DNA from: Fimbriosthenelais zetlandica
Taxonomy: Eukaryota
Length of the DNA stretch: 64,000 nt
NCBI GenBank assembly: GCA_977030845.1
Contig: OZ365109.1
Coordinates: 60,574,001-60,638,000 of the forward strand
Reading direction: 5' to 3'
The notes beneath the pieces were generated by a model. That model was not told where the DNA came from, made no database searches, and saw only the letters and a program-made list of their open reading frames with translations. Within the stretch, counting starts at the first letter, position 1. Every line of letters begins with the position of its first letter. Below, piece after piece: positions 12,201 to 23,800 of this stretch. The translations under genes and the position numbers were made by a program.

Positions 12201-15200
12201 TTGACAGGTATCTATTTATATAAATATTAATTAGCTGAGAAAATGGCAGGGGGGCATCATACCACACGGGGGCGTCATCGACATCTCTACTCTATCACCC
12301 ATATAAATTTTCTATAAGCATTGATAGCATATATACCTCATGGAGACAGGAAATACATAGGACCTATTTCACTAGGCATGGTCCTTGCATACTAGTTAGT
12401 TTTATGCATTCTGATTGTTCAGCGGACATTCCCCCTGTAGTATAACATCAGCGAGAGGAGGCTGCGAATTTTCGCAGAAAAATCTCTCGCAGCACAAGTC
12501 CTGCGAAAAGTCCAGCGAGCCCTCGCTGACTCCCGCTTGCATAACATCCCTCGCATCGCTGGAGTTAACGAGACGTCCCTCAGCGAGTAGACGCTGCGAG
12601 CGGTGGGCTGCGAAAATTCGCAGCCTGCTCTCGCTGCAGCGAGAGGAGAAAATTCGCAGCCTGCTCTCGCTGCAGCGAGAGGAGAAAATTCACAGCCTCC
12701 TCTCGCTGTTTCCATAGCTACAGCGAATTTTCGCGCTGGGACCAGTAACCTCTCCCTTGGTTCCCGCCCTATATAAAAAACGGTAGGACAGTTCCCTTTG
12801 TTACGTGGTTACTGATTTACTCACCGAATCTTGGGTAGCCTAATCTCAGTTCCCCTCTACCTAATCTATCCTTCCTCCTATCTACCACGCCTGACGCAAC
12901 ACTCTTTGGTTAATCAGATAATTAAGTTATCTTGTAGGCCTAGGCTGGTTTACATAGGGACAAGCTGAGAAGAGGGGTGTGGCCTAAGCTTCAATTTTAA
13001 ATAGCCTAATCCATACATAACCGTTAGTCTATGGTTATACAATGGCCAGATTGAAATCCCGTTTTTAATAAAGAATGACAGGTCTTATAAATATTCCTTC
13101 CTCTTACGGCGTTGTGCCAGTTTTGGGCTGAATAGAAAATCATACACCTTTTTTAATTACCCGTTTCAACGCTGCGAATTTCGCTGTTGCTATGGACAAT
13201 TTCGCTGTTGCTATGGACAAAAATCCCTGCTTTTGCAGTGTTTTCTCGCAGAGATTTTCGCAGGGTTTTCTCGCAGAAATTTTCGCAGGGTTTTCTCGCA
13301 GAGATTTTCGCAGGGTTTTCTCGCAGAGATTTTCGCAGGCTCCTCTCGCTGGTGATATGCCAGCTGATGTTCTCTCGCTGATGTTCAACTCGCAGAACTC
13401 CTCGCTGGAGTTCTCTTGCAGCATTTTTCGCAGGAAGCGTTTTCGCTCGCTGGCAGGCCAGCGAGGGCTCGCTGAAGTTTTCGCAGGATTTTTCCTGCGA
13501 ATTTTTTTTCTGCGAAAATTCGCAGCCTCCTCTCGCTGATGTTATACAAGAGGGGGATTGTCATGATACGGCAATCTGATTGCAGTCTGACATCCCAATC
13601 AACAATCCTTGAACAAAGTTGTGACATTCTTATATTCAATTATTTTCTTTATATTATTTATTTCTATTCCTTTTTCCATAAGGTATTAAAATATGAAACT
13701 GATTTCAAAATCATTTGGGAAAAGGAAAGAGCGGGCTCAGCCCTCATGTTCTCCTCTTTCATTCATTCAGGCGACTAGTTCTATTTATTTATTTATTGGA
13801 AATAGATTCTTATCAGGTTAAACCACTTCGGTATGAATCTCTCATATAATTATATTTGATTTCATCCCTAATTTTAAGTAACCAGTAGGCCTACTTGATG
13901 GGAGTAAAATAGGACTAATAGTGGCTTATTGGCCCACCAAACTAACTGATATTCATAATTAGTAAGAAAGTGACCTTCACCTGACCTTAACCTTGCTTTA
14001 GGGGGTACAACCAACGCTCCAGGCAGTAGGAAATTCCTCTCTGAATGTGTTGTCCCTAGCGCTCTTCCACTGCCCGCTGCTCCGCCTGGAAGTGAAATGT
14101 CCCCTTTGTCCTCTGGGGCCAGGTTCTCCACCATGTGCCTCATCATTTCTCTCCTATGTATAGATTTAAGAGACTTCCGGGCTCCAATATTATCAATGAC
14201 CTTCATGCTGTATTTTTTCAGTAGGTCTGTTGCCACGCGGTCGCGGCCAGCAATACGGTCCTCCACAGTGTTTTGTCGTGAATTCTCAGCTTTCTGAATG
14301 CTCGAGTCCAGGACACGGAGTCTCTCCTTGAACCGTTCTAGAACCGGGGTCAAGCCGGCCAAGGACTTCTTTATCACCCCGTCCCCTGATGGGACGTGAT
14401 GCCTTCTTTTACCAACATTACCATGCCTCTTATCATACCCCATGTCTAACAGCTCCTCTACTGTTCCAAGTCTGGCAGGGGCTGACATATGGATACCTCA
14501 ACTGGTAATGCTTCGCTATTTCTCAATTCCTTTTGTTGGAAAGTTTTTTTAAGGATTCCTTGAAGAGTTCTCATCTGCTCACTCTAAGTCATGTGTATCG
14601 TTATGCAATCCATCATAACACTAGAGGCTTATCATCTTTATACTTTGTTGAGGAGTTTGAGACAGACCCAGAAGATGTATCTGTTTACAATGGCAACCAG
14701 TATAAAGATACCATGAGGCTGGCAGCAAGGAGAAGAGTATATATCTAATGGAAGAAGACCCAGGCTGTCTTTGCATGTTTGGTTTACACTGTGAGAGCCA
14801 CTGATTCATACCCCTCCACTCATTAGGTGGAAATCATTAATTAATTAAAGCAGGGAACCTCAGAGAGAGGGTGCTTCTTCCTTTGCAGGTCACGGACATC
14901 GGTACAAACAAAACCCTGCACTGAGTTTGCAGTCTTTGCTGATTAATAATACAGCGGTAAAATCACCAGTAAAACTTTATCCAGCATGAGCCCAGTTCCA
15001 ATCATCCCAGGCCACAAAATTGACGAAGGAAATAATAAAAAAGAAAACTCCCACCTATCTAAGTACATCAAAACACTTTTATAATAGCTTGTTAGTCTGC
15101 ATTGGCCTACTGATAAGGAGTTTTCATCAGTCTCCCCTACTTTCTCTTCGGAAGCGTTTAAGTGGAATTAAATGGCAGCTTGAGGGGTCTTTTAATCTCT

Positions 15201-15300
15201 TTGTCAGCTTTCAACTTAAAACCAAGCTGTTTAGTAAGGCACCTCTGCTGACAGATCCAGTTATTCACAGCCACAATGGAAAAAGTTTCTTTTTCCAAGT
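9300..15300 (-). mobile_element. Decayed, nearly complete ORF2 of an L1/Tx1-clade LINE, interrupted by a MITE at 12431..13556
   Basis: Motifs occur in canonical order on the minus strand: FTGDFTAVL (GDFN, ~14960); SIRYILFS (SRIDYIF, ~14740); linker ORF 13874..14488; KTDTRWELDSVRFYKL (KxPGPDGxxxEFYK, ~11840); TLDLGGNFYDD (LDFEKAFD, ~11410); QDYAYYLSL (YADD, ~10875); RGHLALVGTLI (thumb, ~9790); FIPKTEGMFIP (PKxxGGLGxP, ~9525). Many stops and frameshifts. Confidence 0.65.
12431..13556. mobile_element. 1126-bp non-autonomous DNA transposon with terminal inverted repeats and subterminal tandem arrays (CACTA/EnSpm-like architecture)
   Basis: Left end CCCCCTGTAGTATAACATCAGCGAGAGGAGGCTGCGAATTTTCGCAGAAAAA is the reverse complement (2-3 mismatches) of the right end; flanked by ATT (12428-30) and ATT (13557-59); internal arrays of ~36-nt units at ~12618-12708 and 25-nt units (TTTTCTCGCAGAGATTTTCGCAGGG) at ~13241-13337; no transposase ORF. 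Confidence 0.8.
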
Positions 15301-16599
15301 ATACATAAAATAGCTATGACGGGAATACATACATGTGAAACCCACTGAATGAGCTAGTGATTGCCCTTTTAGTTTGACTAAACTATGTAAGCCAGTCAAA
15401 GGCGAATATTTTTTCGTCATTTTTCTTTCGATCAGTCTAGTCTACGATCAGACAAGTGGCACATCTTTACCTGAAGGCCATTCATGACTTTACCCAATTA
15501 ACTATCTCCTTTGAAGATTTGTAGTCCTGAAGCGGTGGGTATTGGACTAATCAATGGAATAATTTGTTACTCAAGGCTGCGAGTCAATTGTTTATTGCTA
15601 TAAGCAGTTAGTTCCAGGATTTTCGTTTTGCCAAAAAGGAAATAAATTTGTGAGCTGAGGAAGAAATCCAGGGCAAAGGATCTTAACTCGCCAGATTTGC
15701 TTCATCCTGACACGTCTGTTTTTTTCTCAAGAGAGGCTTTTCCATTTGTTCATGCAAAATATCAAAAGGGGGTTTGTTCTGTTCGTTTGCGAGGTCGATT
15801 TACTCCAACGGTGCCTCTTTGTTGGAGTTTTAAATGGCAAAGCTGTTGAAGAGGGAGTCCTTCATGGGGAGAGTGTTCAGCAGGAGAAGAAATGCTAGAA
15901 TTAGCTCCAAAACTTTTAAAAGCATCTAGTTCCGCCTCTCCACGTGCCTGACAAAGACACTTTTATCGTGGAGGATTTAGTCGCCTGATCTCTTCGGTTT
16001 TAGCTTGAAACTTCCAAAGTTTTAGACAAATGTACAAGACCAGATTACTTAGATAGTAATGTATACACTATCCAATGTGTATACATATATAGGCCTATGT
16101 TTAGTGCCACAAGGTAATGGTTCCACATATGGAAGGAAATACATGATTGTATTTCAATTGATTGGTTGTATGTTAGTGCACAGGGTGAGTAGGTGTTCCT
16201 TGGGAGTCCTTATCAAGAGTAGGATCAATATGAAATCATGAACAAAGGCAGTATTCAATCAGACAGGATCAAGTCACATATTGTACTTGCCAATGTTAAC
16301 TATATGGGAGGTGATTTCATACATTGATCCTTGCCAAATCCTTATTGCAGATGCCTTATCTATATTAAAGACAAAATATAGGTGAAGAAATGAAACCAGA
16401 ATGTAGTTTCTCTTCCTGTTTCTTCCCAGACCTTCCCAGAGAAAGCCAGCGTAAAATAAAAGTCATTTGGGTTGGCAAGGATTATCAACTCATGTACAAA
16501 CGTATATATGTATTAGTTGGTGGTATTAAGTAATAGATCTAGATATAGAGGAAACCACCAATGGGGATAATCTGTTTTGTGTGTGTGTCTGTAGGGGGC

Positions 16600-17460
16600 G
16601 GGGTGGTTTGTGGTATGCCATAATACATGGCACCTGTTGTACAAGAATCGCCAGGTTTATTTGGCCTATTTGGTCCCAGCAGGGAGTTATATGTCAAGCA
16701 GGTTGCAATCGGATCTCCTACAAGGAAAGACATGCGAGCCCCAGGATACCACATGTACATGTTTTTACTTACAAAAGATTTAGCCTAAGAATTTTATTCC
16801 TTTCTAAGCGACCGTTAGAACAAAACAAGAGCTGCAGTGGTCCTATGAATGGATGACATCATGAAGTAAATGTTAATTTAGGTCATATAAACAACAGTGT
16901 TTGATTCAGATCTACATGTACATAATTAGGGAAGAGATGGAAGTCAACTGAAAATAATATTGGATCAAATTGCTGTTGGAAGACCTTACCATTGATATGA
17001 ACTGTAGGCTGTACATTGACAAAAAGATTACGCTGAAAGGCAATCCTTTCAAACGCGATCACAGTCTTTGTCCACTGGAGAGGACACATACAAATTAGCA
17101 CTCCCAACTTAAAAAATCCATATCGATCGAATATTGTCCATATTGTCGAATTCAATATACTGGCGAAGGCAAGGCCAAGATTCAATACAATGGAACACTG
17201 ATATTCTAGATATACCAACAAAAGAAATCCTCTATGGACAAATCCCAGACAACTTTCTCCACATAACATTGTCATACAGTATATATTCCGGAGATTGTCT
17301 CCCGGCAGACGCTGTCTGAATCTTAGAAAGCAACCCACCTATTAAACAGAACGCCTAGACCTGCTAAGGGCCTTGGACATTCTTGCACAGAGATCACAAG
17401 GGATCTGACCTTTGTAGGGCAAATGCCCACTGCCCTCTTGATCCACAGGAAATTAAACCT
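16600..17460 (-). mobile_element. Decayed Tx1/L1 reverse transcriptase core fragment
   Basis: RMSKALSRSRRSV (like ILSKALANRLKSV); LAFASILNSTIWTIFDRY (like LAIISLDQEKAFDRV); LFVNVQPTVHING (like LYTNVQSAVxING); ORF track 16883..17338. Confidence 0.6.
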
Positions 17461-17599
17461 TTGCTCTGCATTGGAAACGAATATCTATTATTAAGTTGGG
17501 TTGGTGCCCTCTGAACCTGCAGTCACATGTATATATATGTAGCTAGTTTGAGGGGAGTCCACTCTACTAGCTAGTCATGGTAGAATGTCATTTGGCAAA

Positions 17600-18300
17600 G
17601 GGATGGGACACTTTATGAAGCGCCTGCAGAGCACAGTTGGGTGGGGAGCCTGGTCATTATAGTAGCCAGGACTCAGGTTTATTGGACACTCAGAGTGTTG
17701 GGGATCGAATTTGTAGACTGGTAGGTCATTTGTTTCCAGGGAAACATCCAGGCTTTACTATACTATGATGCGGGAGTCTACTAATAATAGAGTTAAATAG
17801 TAATGCTGAGATAACAAGGTCTGCATAGCAAGGCCCTGGGGAATGTCCGAAACACACAAAATCCAAAGATGCAAAACGGCCAAATCTTCTGTTGCCAATT
17901 CATCAAAACAAGTTAGTTGAGAAGCCCTTGAGAATTTTCCATGATAGTAATTGCCACCGTCGTGGGATAACTCCACTGGAGTTTGTCTTACGCGAATTGC
18001 AAATTTTCATAGCAAATTTTCTATTTGTGGTTTGCTGGAGGAGGTTGCAGCTGTTGCTATACACACTGGCAACAACCGCAAGACTCGCAATACATAAGTC
18101 ATTCCCACAGGAAAATGGAGGCCTTGCGGCATTAGCGGTTGATGCAATGCAGTGGAGGTTACTCTTCATTTGGAATCACTTGTTTAAACTAAGGCTAAAG
18201 TAATGGGGAGAGAAACAGCAGTAGAAAGAAGATGATGTGCTGACTTAGGAAGGTCAAGAAGGCCTGGACTATGTTGGAGAGGCCTTGAGGTCAGAGAAGG
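17600..18300 (+). mobile_element. Decayed Tx1/L1 RT post-YADD (thumb) fragment on the opposite strand
   Basis: LRVLGIEF (like KxLGxxF) at ~17700; ELQIFIANFLF...FPQENGGLAALA...WRLLFIWNHL (like LPKEEGGxGL...FRLQFIQRLL) in ORF 17892..18203. Confidence 0.5.
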
Positions 18301-20820
18301 CTGGCAAGGAGGCTTGTTACTAATGCGGCACACCTTGTAAGTGAGTGGCCGAGGCTGCATGCCAAACAAGTGGCAAAAAATAGAAACCACTCTGACCCGA
18401 GTTGTCATGATGCTTATATATAATATATTGGAGGCAGAGCTGTACTGTGGCATATAAATAGACCTGTCTGGAGGAGGGAAATGAAGGCTGCAGTGGATCA
18501 TCATTCTAGTCTGGGAGTTTTCTGAATCTATATATCCAGTTACTTACTACTATGACTATCATTTTTGCTTTGAATGCATATGGTCTCAAATCGTGGAAGA
18601 CAATCATACTCGCCCACATTCAAGGAGACCGGAAATCCAGTGATGACGCATCTAAGTAGCTTGCTTATATGGAACAGGAGGATATGAGCAGCTTTTACTG
18701 GGGATTGACAAAATTGGAGGAGGTATAGGAGGTGCAATGAGAGTAAATGGGTCTAGTCGAGCAGTGTGCCTGACCTAACTTGAAACAGGGGTCGGGGAGT
18801 GAGATGAGTGGACTAATCAGGAGGGACCTTGAAGAGAGGATAGGGAGAGTCCTCTCTTCCCTTCCTATAACATGGAGGTTGCTCATCGGTCATCCTTCCT
18901 ACCATACATCCATCACACCCTCATGATTCTATAACAATTATCTCAGCTCCCCATCAACGTTCGCATAAATCATCCAAAGCTTAACCGCAAAGGATCACCT
19001 TGCACACAGAATCCTTGTAAATTGTTAAACGCAGATCATGTCAAGGTGGGGGGGACATGTTTAAAATAAAGGATCAGAATGAAACAGAATTCATAAAGTC
19101 CCGATTCTTAAAAAAAAAAAATGGCAAGATGTTTTCTCTTCAAACGGGAATTCTTCATTCTAAGCTGAAATATTTACAGAATACAAGAAGTATACTGGTA
19201 AATATAAAACTGGAGATTAGGTGACACACCTTAGGTGACACATGGGGAAGGGCAGCGATGTGCAATCAAGGATACCAGTATAATTTTTGAACTTCACAAA
19301 CAGATGTGAGAAAATTATATTGGTATTTTGCATACAACTTTTCTATAACAAATTGGAGCAATATCCTGTGAGGACATGTTCTTAATGATAACACAGGGGA
19401 ATAACTCAAACTAAGGGAGTCTGTTGATCGAAAGCAACTGGTGCACAGGAGCTGCATAGAATAGGAATGGCTTCTGCTGTCAAAAGGAGAGACATAAATC
19501 AGCTCTGGGGGATCTGACTAGAGCTTTTTCTTACAATAATTATACCATTTTTATGTTTGTTTACTATGCATGGATGTTAACAGCCTGGTCATTGGCTTTA
19601 CATGGTATTAGTCATTATAGTGTTTTACGGCACTGACCACCGGCAGGGAAATAAGATAGGACATTAAGGGAGAACACGGGAAGAAAGGAGTAGACCTTAC
19701 ATTAGGTAGCCAATATAATCAACCCTTCACCCTCCGGGGATCGATCAGGAGCACTTAGGGAAGGGGGGGGGGGAATCTCTTAAGAGAAGGGGTCTGGGCA
19801 TGTTTCATTATCCGAAATTAATTATAAGATCAAATAGATTCCTTCTAAACTAGTCATATTCAAAGTTTTCCGTGTAATTCAATAATGAAGAATTTGGGAA
19901 AGGGACGCCATTTTGAGCCCAATTGTAAAGACAGAATAATTAGGAAGGTTTTTTTCCTTTCCTTTGCATTGCTTTCAAGTGCAATACTCCCTGACTTGCT
20001 TGAATACTAATGGTGCCACAAAACATGTGAATGGAGAGTGTGCGGTGACAGTCACTAAAATGCCCCCGTGGTAATCTTGACTTAAATCATGGTTTGAGCT
20101 GAGGTCCCTAGAGGGGATTTAGCAGTAAATCAGCAGCGGACCTGTCCTTCCACATGATTGTATCGCATTTATCACCGAGGGACAGGCGACAAGGGCTTCA
20201 TCACATAACCGAAACAAGGTGATATGAAGCCATTATGACCTGTGAGGAAAACCATTTTGGGACAAATAAAATAACAGAGTACTAACCAAGGGGTCTCTTT
20301 CCCCCTTCCTATCCTGGAGCCTTGGGAGAATAGCCGTGTCAAATAGCACAGCGTTAGACTATATTCTTATTGAATAATATTATAAGAAATAATATTATGC
20401 TCGATTACATATCTGCACATCACTGGTGCTTTAAGCCGACTAGGGTACATTGGGCGTACATTTTCCCCGGCTTTTGCTTCAGAGGTGTAATACATGCATA
20501 TCTAAATATCCGTGATATTGTAACCAAACAATTAAGCAACGTATTTTAAATGGTTCCCAATGATTTAAATCGTATGACATTTATATAGATTGTTCAATTA
20601 GAAACCTTGGGAATCTGACACCGTTCCAGTAGCCACATGGTGATGAACGCAGCGAAAGGCAATTAAGAACCAAGAAATCAATAGCCAGACAAGAGGAAGA
20701 CACAGTTAACTACATGTCTTAGTCTGACATGATTTTGGAAGATTGCTTAAATTCTAAGTAGTTAATTCTAAGTAGGATGACACGCAAATTAGTTATTCAT
20801 AAGGAAGTATATCTACTCAC

Positions 20821-20882
20821 CTCCCAATTTCATTGAAGCTCAAGAAAAGTCTCTGGAGGCTGGGTAAGTTGTCAACATCAAT
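20821..20882 (-). CDS. LRRC49: LRRC49 exon 10 (IDVDNLPSLQRLFLSFNEIG)
   Basis: ttttttccag| ... |gtgagt; 62 nt, phase 0-2; one LRR. Confidence 0.92.
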
Positions 20883-23800
20883 CTGGAAAAAAAACAATGA
20901 CCAGCCATGAAGAGTGTCATGTAAAAATACAGCGTAAGCCAATTAAGGCCTGAGAGCCACTGTGGCCTAGAGGCAGATATTACCATGCAAAGCTTTATAA
21001 ATTTTAAAAACAGCTTGTAAATCAAGTTCCTGGACCCTCCGTTCTTTATTATTATAATTTTAAAGACATGTTTAAAATCACTTCTTGACTGTCCTATGCT
21101 TTTAAAAAATCGCTGTATGTATGGACAAGTTCGATGAAATTAATTATTAAAGACTTATAACTCAATATTCGACATGAATATAGCAGCTGGTATGGTGTTG
21201 AATCGCCATTCATTCATTCATTCATTCATTCATTCATTCATTTATTCATTCATTCATTCATTCATCCAATTGAACACTCATGGACATTTTTTGATCCATC
21301 TAACCTATCACAGAAATATCACTTGCAGTTACCGAGCAAATAAACTGGGCCGGTGGAATTCATTAAAGGAAGTATTTATAGGTATAGTCCCTACTCAGAG
21401 GCACTTCAGGATGGTTAGGACAGAAACAGATAAAAAGTTCCGAATACATAGTACTGGTTTTCGAGGAAAATCACTTTTGTAAACTGGGCGAATCCTATGA
21501 GCAATGCCCCTCAGCATTATGTATGGAGATAGGGTGTGACTGAGAGAGGAAAGCTGAGGTCTGGGTCCCATTTGTTAGTGCTCTATAGTGTTATCCCAAG
21601 AGAGTAAGATGGTCGGAGGAGGAGAGCCTCTTATCATATTCTGGTGGAGGATCTAGCTTGAGGTATAGACAGGTCGCTCAACAGACTCCGACAGAGTACT
21701 CTGAGGCAGGGGTACTTCATTCATATCTGCCTCTCCACTAATCATAATTATATGACTTGAAAGTAAGATTAATGTGATATACTATGCAAGCCTCGAGTGT
21801 GTGAAATGTGGCGAAGTTGAAAAACGGATCATGTAATGTCTTTATATGAATAGTAAATCCAATAAGATACAACCATTGACCATACTAAATAATGCACATA
21901 ATTGATGTTGTTGAAAAGAAATAATGCTACCGTCCTTGTTAAATTTCCCATATTCTTTTAAATGACTTTCAATACAGGGTGGACGGGTGGAAGCGGATAT
22001 AGACCACTATACAAGATAGAGTGAACCGTAAAATTCCGTGATGGAACTGTTCTGTTCAAGTGTATGTTCGGGCCCTAGGTGATGATAAGAATATAGACTC
22101 TACAGTACTAGATTGCGAGATAGAAGAGCCAGAAGCCAAGAGTTAGTGATCATTGAGCTTCATCTTACAACTCGAGAAAACAAGTTCATTTCGTTTGATT
22201 GAAGTGTCACTCCAGAACAGATGACATTCCCTTGTAAGTGCCTCTCAATGACACTACCATGCCTGTAGTATCTCCATCACAGTACAGCCCTATCTACAGA
22301 CAACCTCATCACTTTACATTATCTGTCAATGCAAAATGATGGATGGAAACATAGTTTTAAATCATTTCACACTGAGGGCATGGGATTAGTATGTTACATG
22401 CCCATGGCTGAGTGATGCATCAAAGTGGATGTTTTTCCCATAAATAAATTTCCATTTCATTGCTGGAAGGTGTGGCCAGTTTCTACTGTATGTTCTTCCC
22501 CAGTAATAATTATAATATGGCATAATGACATTTTTCATTTAGACCTTTTTAGGCCATAGCTATAGGGTAACATGAGAGAAACAACCTCGTGTGATATTCA
22601 TATATTCTTCTCTAGGACATTATAACCTTGAAATATGAGTAGAAGTTTTCAAAAACGGAGAAGTAGGTTACATTTTCCCTGCATGGATGTTCGACAACCC
22701 AGAGAAAATGTATTTAAATGTAAATCATTTCGTAACCATAACATCCAGGGTTGTACTTTGACATTGGTGTGGAAGGAAACATCCCTAATTTAAACTAAAA
22801 ATAGCAAAAGACAAAAGAGTTATTGAAAGCATTCTTGGCGAGGGAGGGCACAGTTTTGCCTGTCAATGAACATTCTTGGTTTTGTTCAAGCAAATGGCGT
22901 CATATTTTAGGTTTTCGTGTTTCTGTAACTGGTGATGGGTCAATCCATGGCTACTGTCAAAATGCATTGCCATTGTGTCCGAATTTGTACGTCTACTGGG
23001 TAGGGAATGCAAAAAGCACGAAAAAGCATTATAAGATATCTTGATCTGGCTATAGGGATGAGTGTAAAGGAATTGCCGGGGGAAAATTAATCAATAAAGA
23101 CCTATCATGGTATATGAAGGCCATTATCAGATACCACGGGGACATGTAATAAATCCGCCTGGTGTTAAAAGGCCCTGGTATAAAAGCTCAGCTCTTCTAC
23201 TAAATCTTTCCCACTCACACTTAGGCTATTAGGGTGAATAGAAAGCAGCAGAACTGCGAAGCAATATTTTCTTCTTAACATGTGCACTAAACATACGATA
23301 GAGGCATAAGGTAGAGTTTTTTCACATCGATTACTGGAGGGATAATCACGGCAGCCATAGCTCTTATATCACGTGATAAAGGGTAGGGACAGTATGGTAG
23401 CAGTTTTCATTGATGTAGGGGGCCTTGAAATGCCATTATCTCTGCTCAAAAGAGGAACGTTTTACCCCTGGAATGGATGTTCAAATCCTCTCAAGCCTAG
23501 GCTGGTAGAAATGATCCATTTCCTATCTGCTCTCATTTTTGATTCATAGTATTGTGTCATCAAAGAGATAGAAGTAAATGCGTATGTCGAAGTGCCTATT
23601 ATGACGTACATTTGAACACTTATGTTACTTTATATGTAAAATTACTGAGTAATTTGACTATATTTACTATTATTAACGGTACAATTGCAAAGGGCAGTTC
23701 CCAGAATTTACTAAAGCTCCAAACTGTATGTTATGATATGTTTTTATGTTATGATAAAAATGCAACCGAAATACATAGGAAAAGATCGTTCATTTGTGAG

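Noticed and set aside
13241-13337. 25-nt tandem repeats that might suggest a CRISPR array
   Set aside because: The units are contiguous with no unique spacers, lie inside a TIR element in animal DNA, and have no cas genes nearby.
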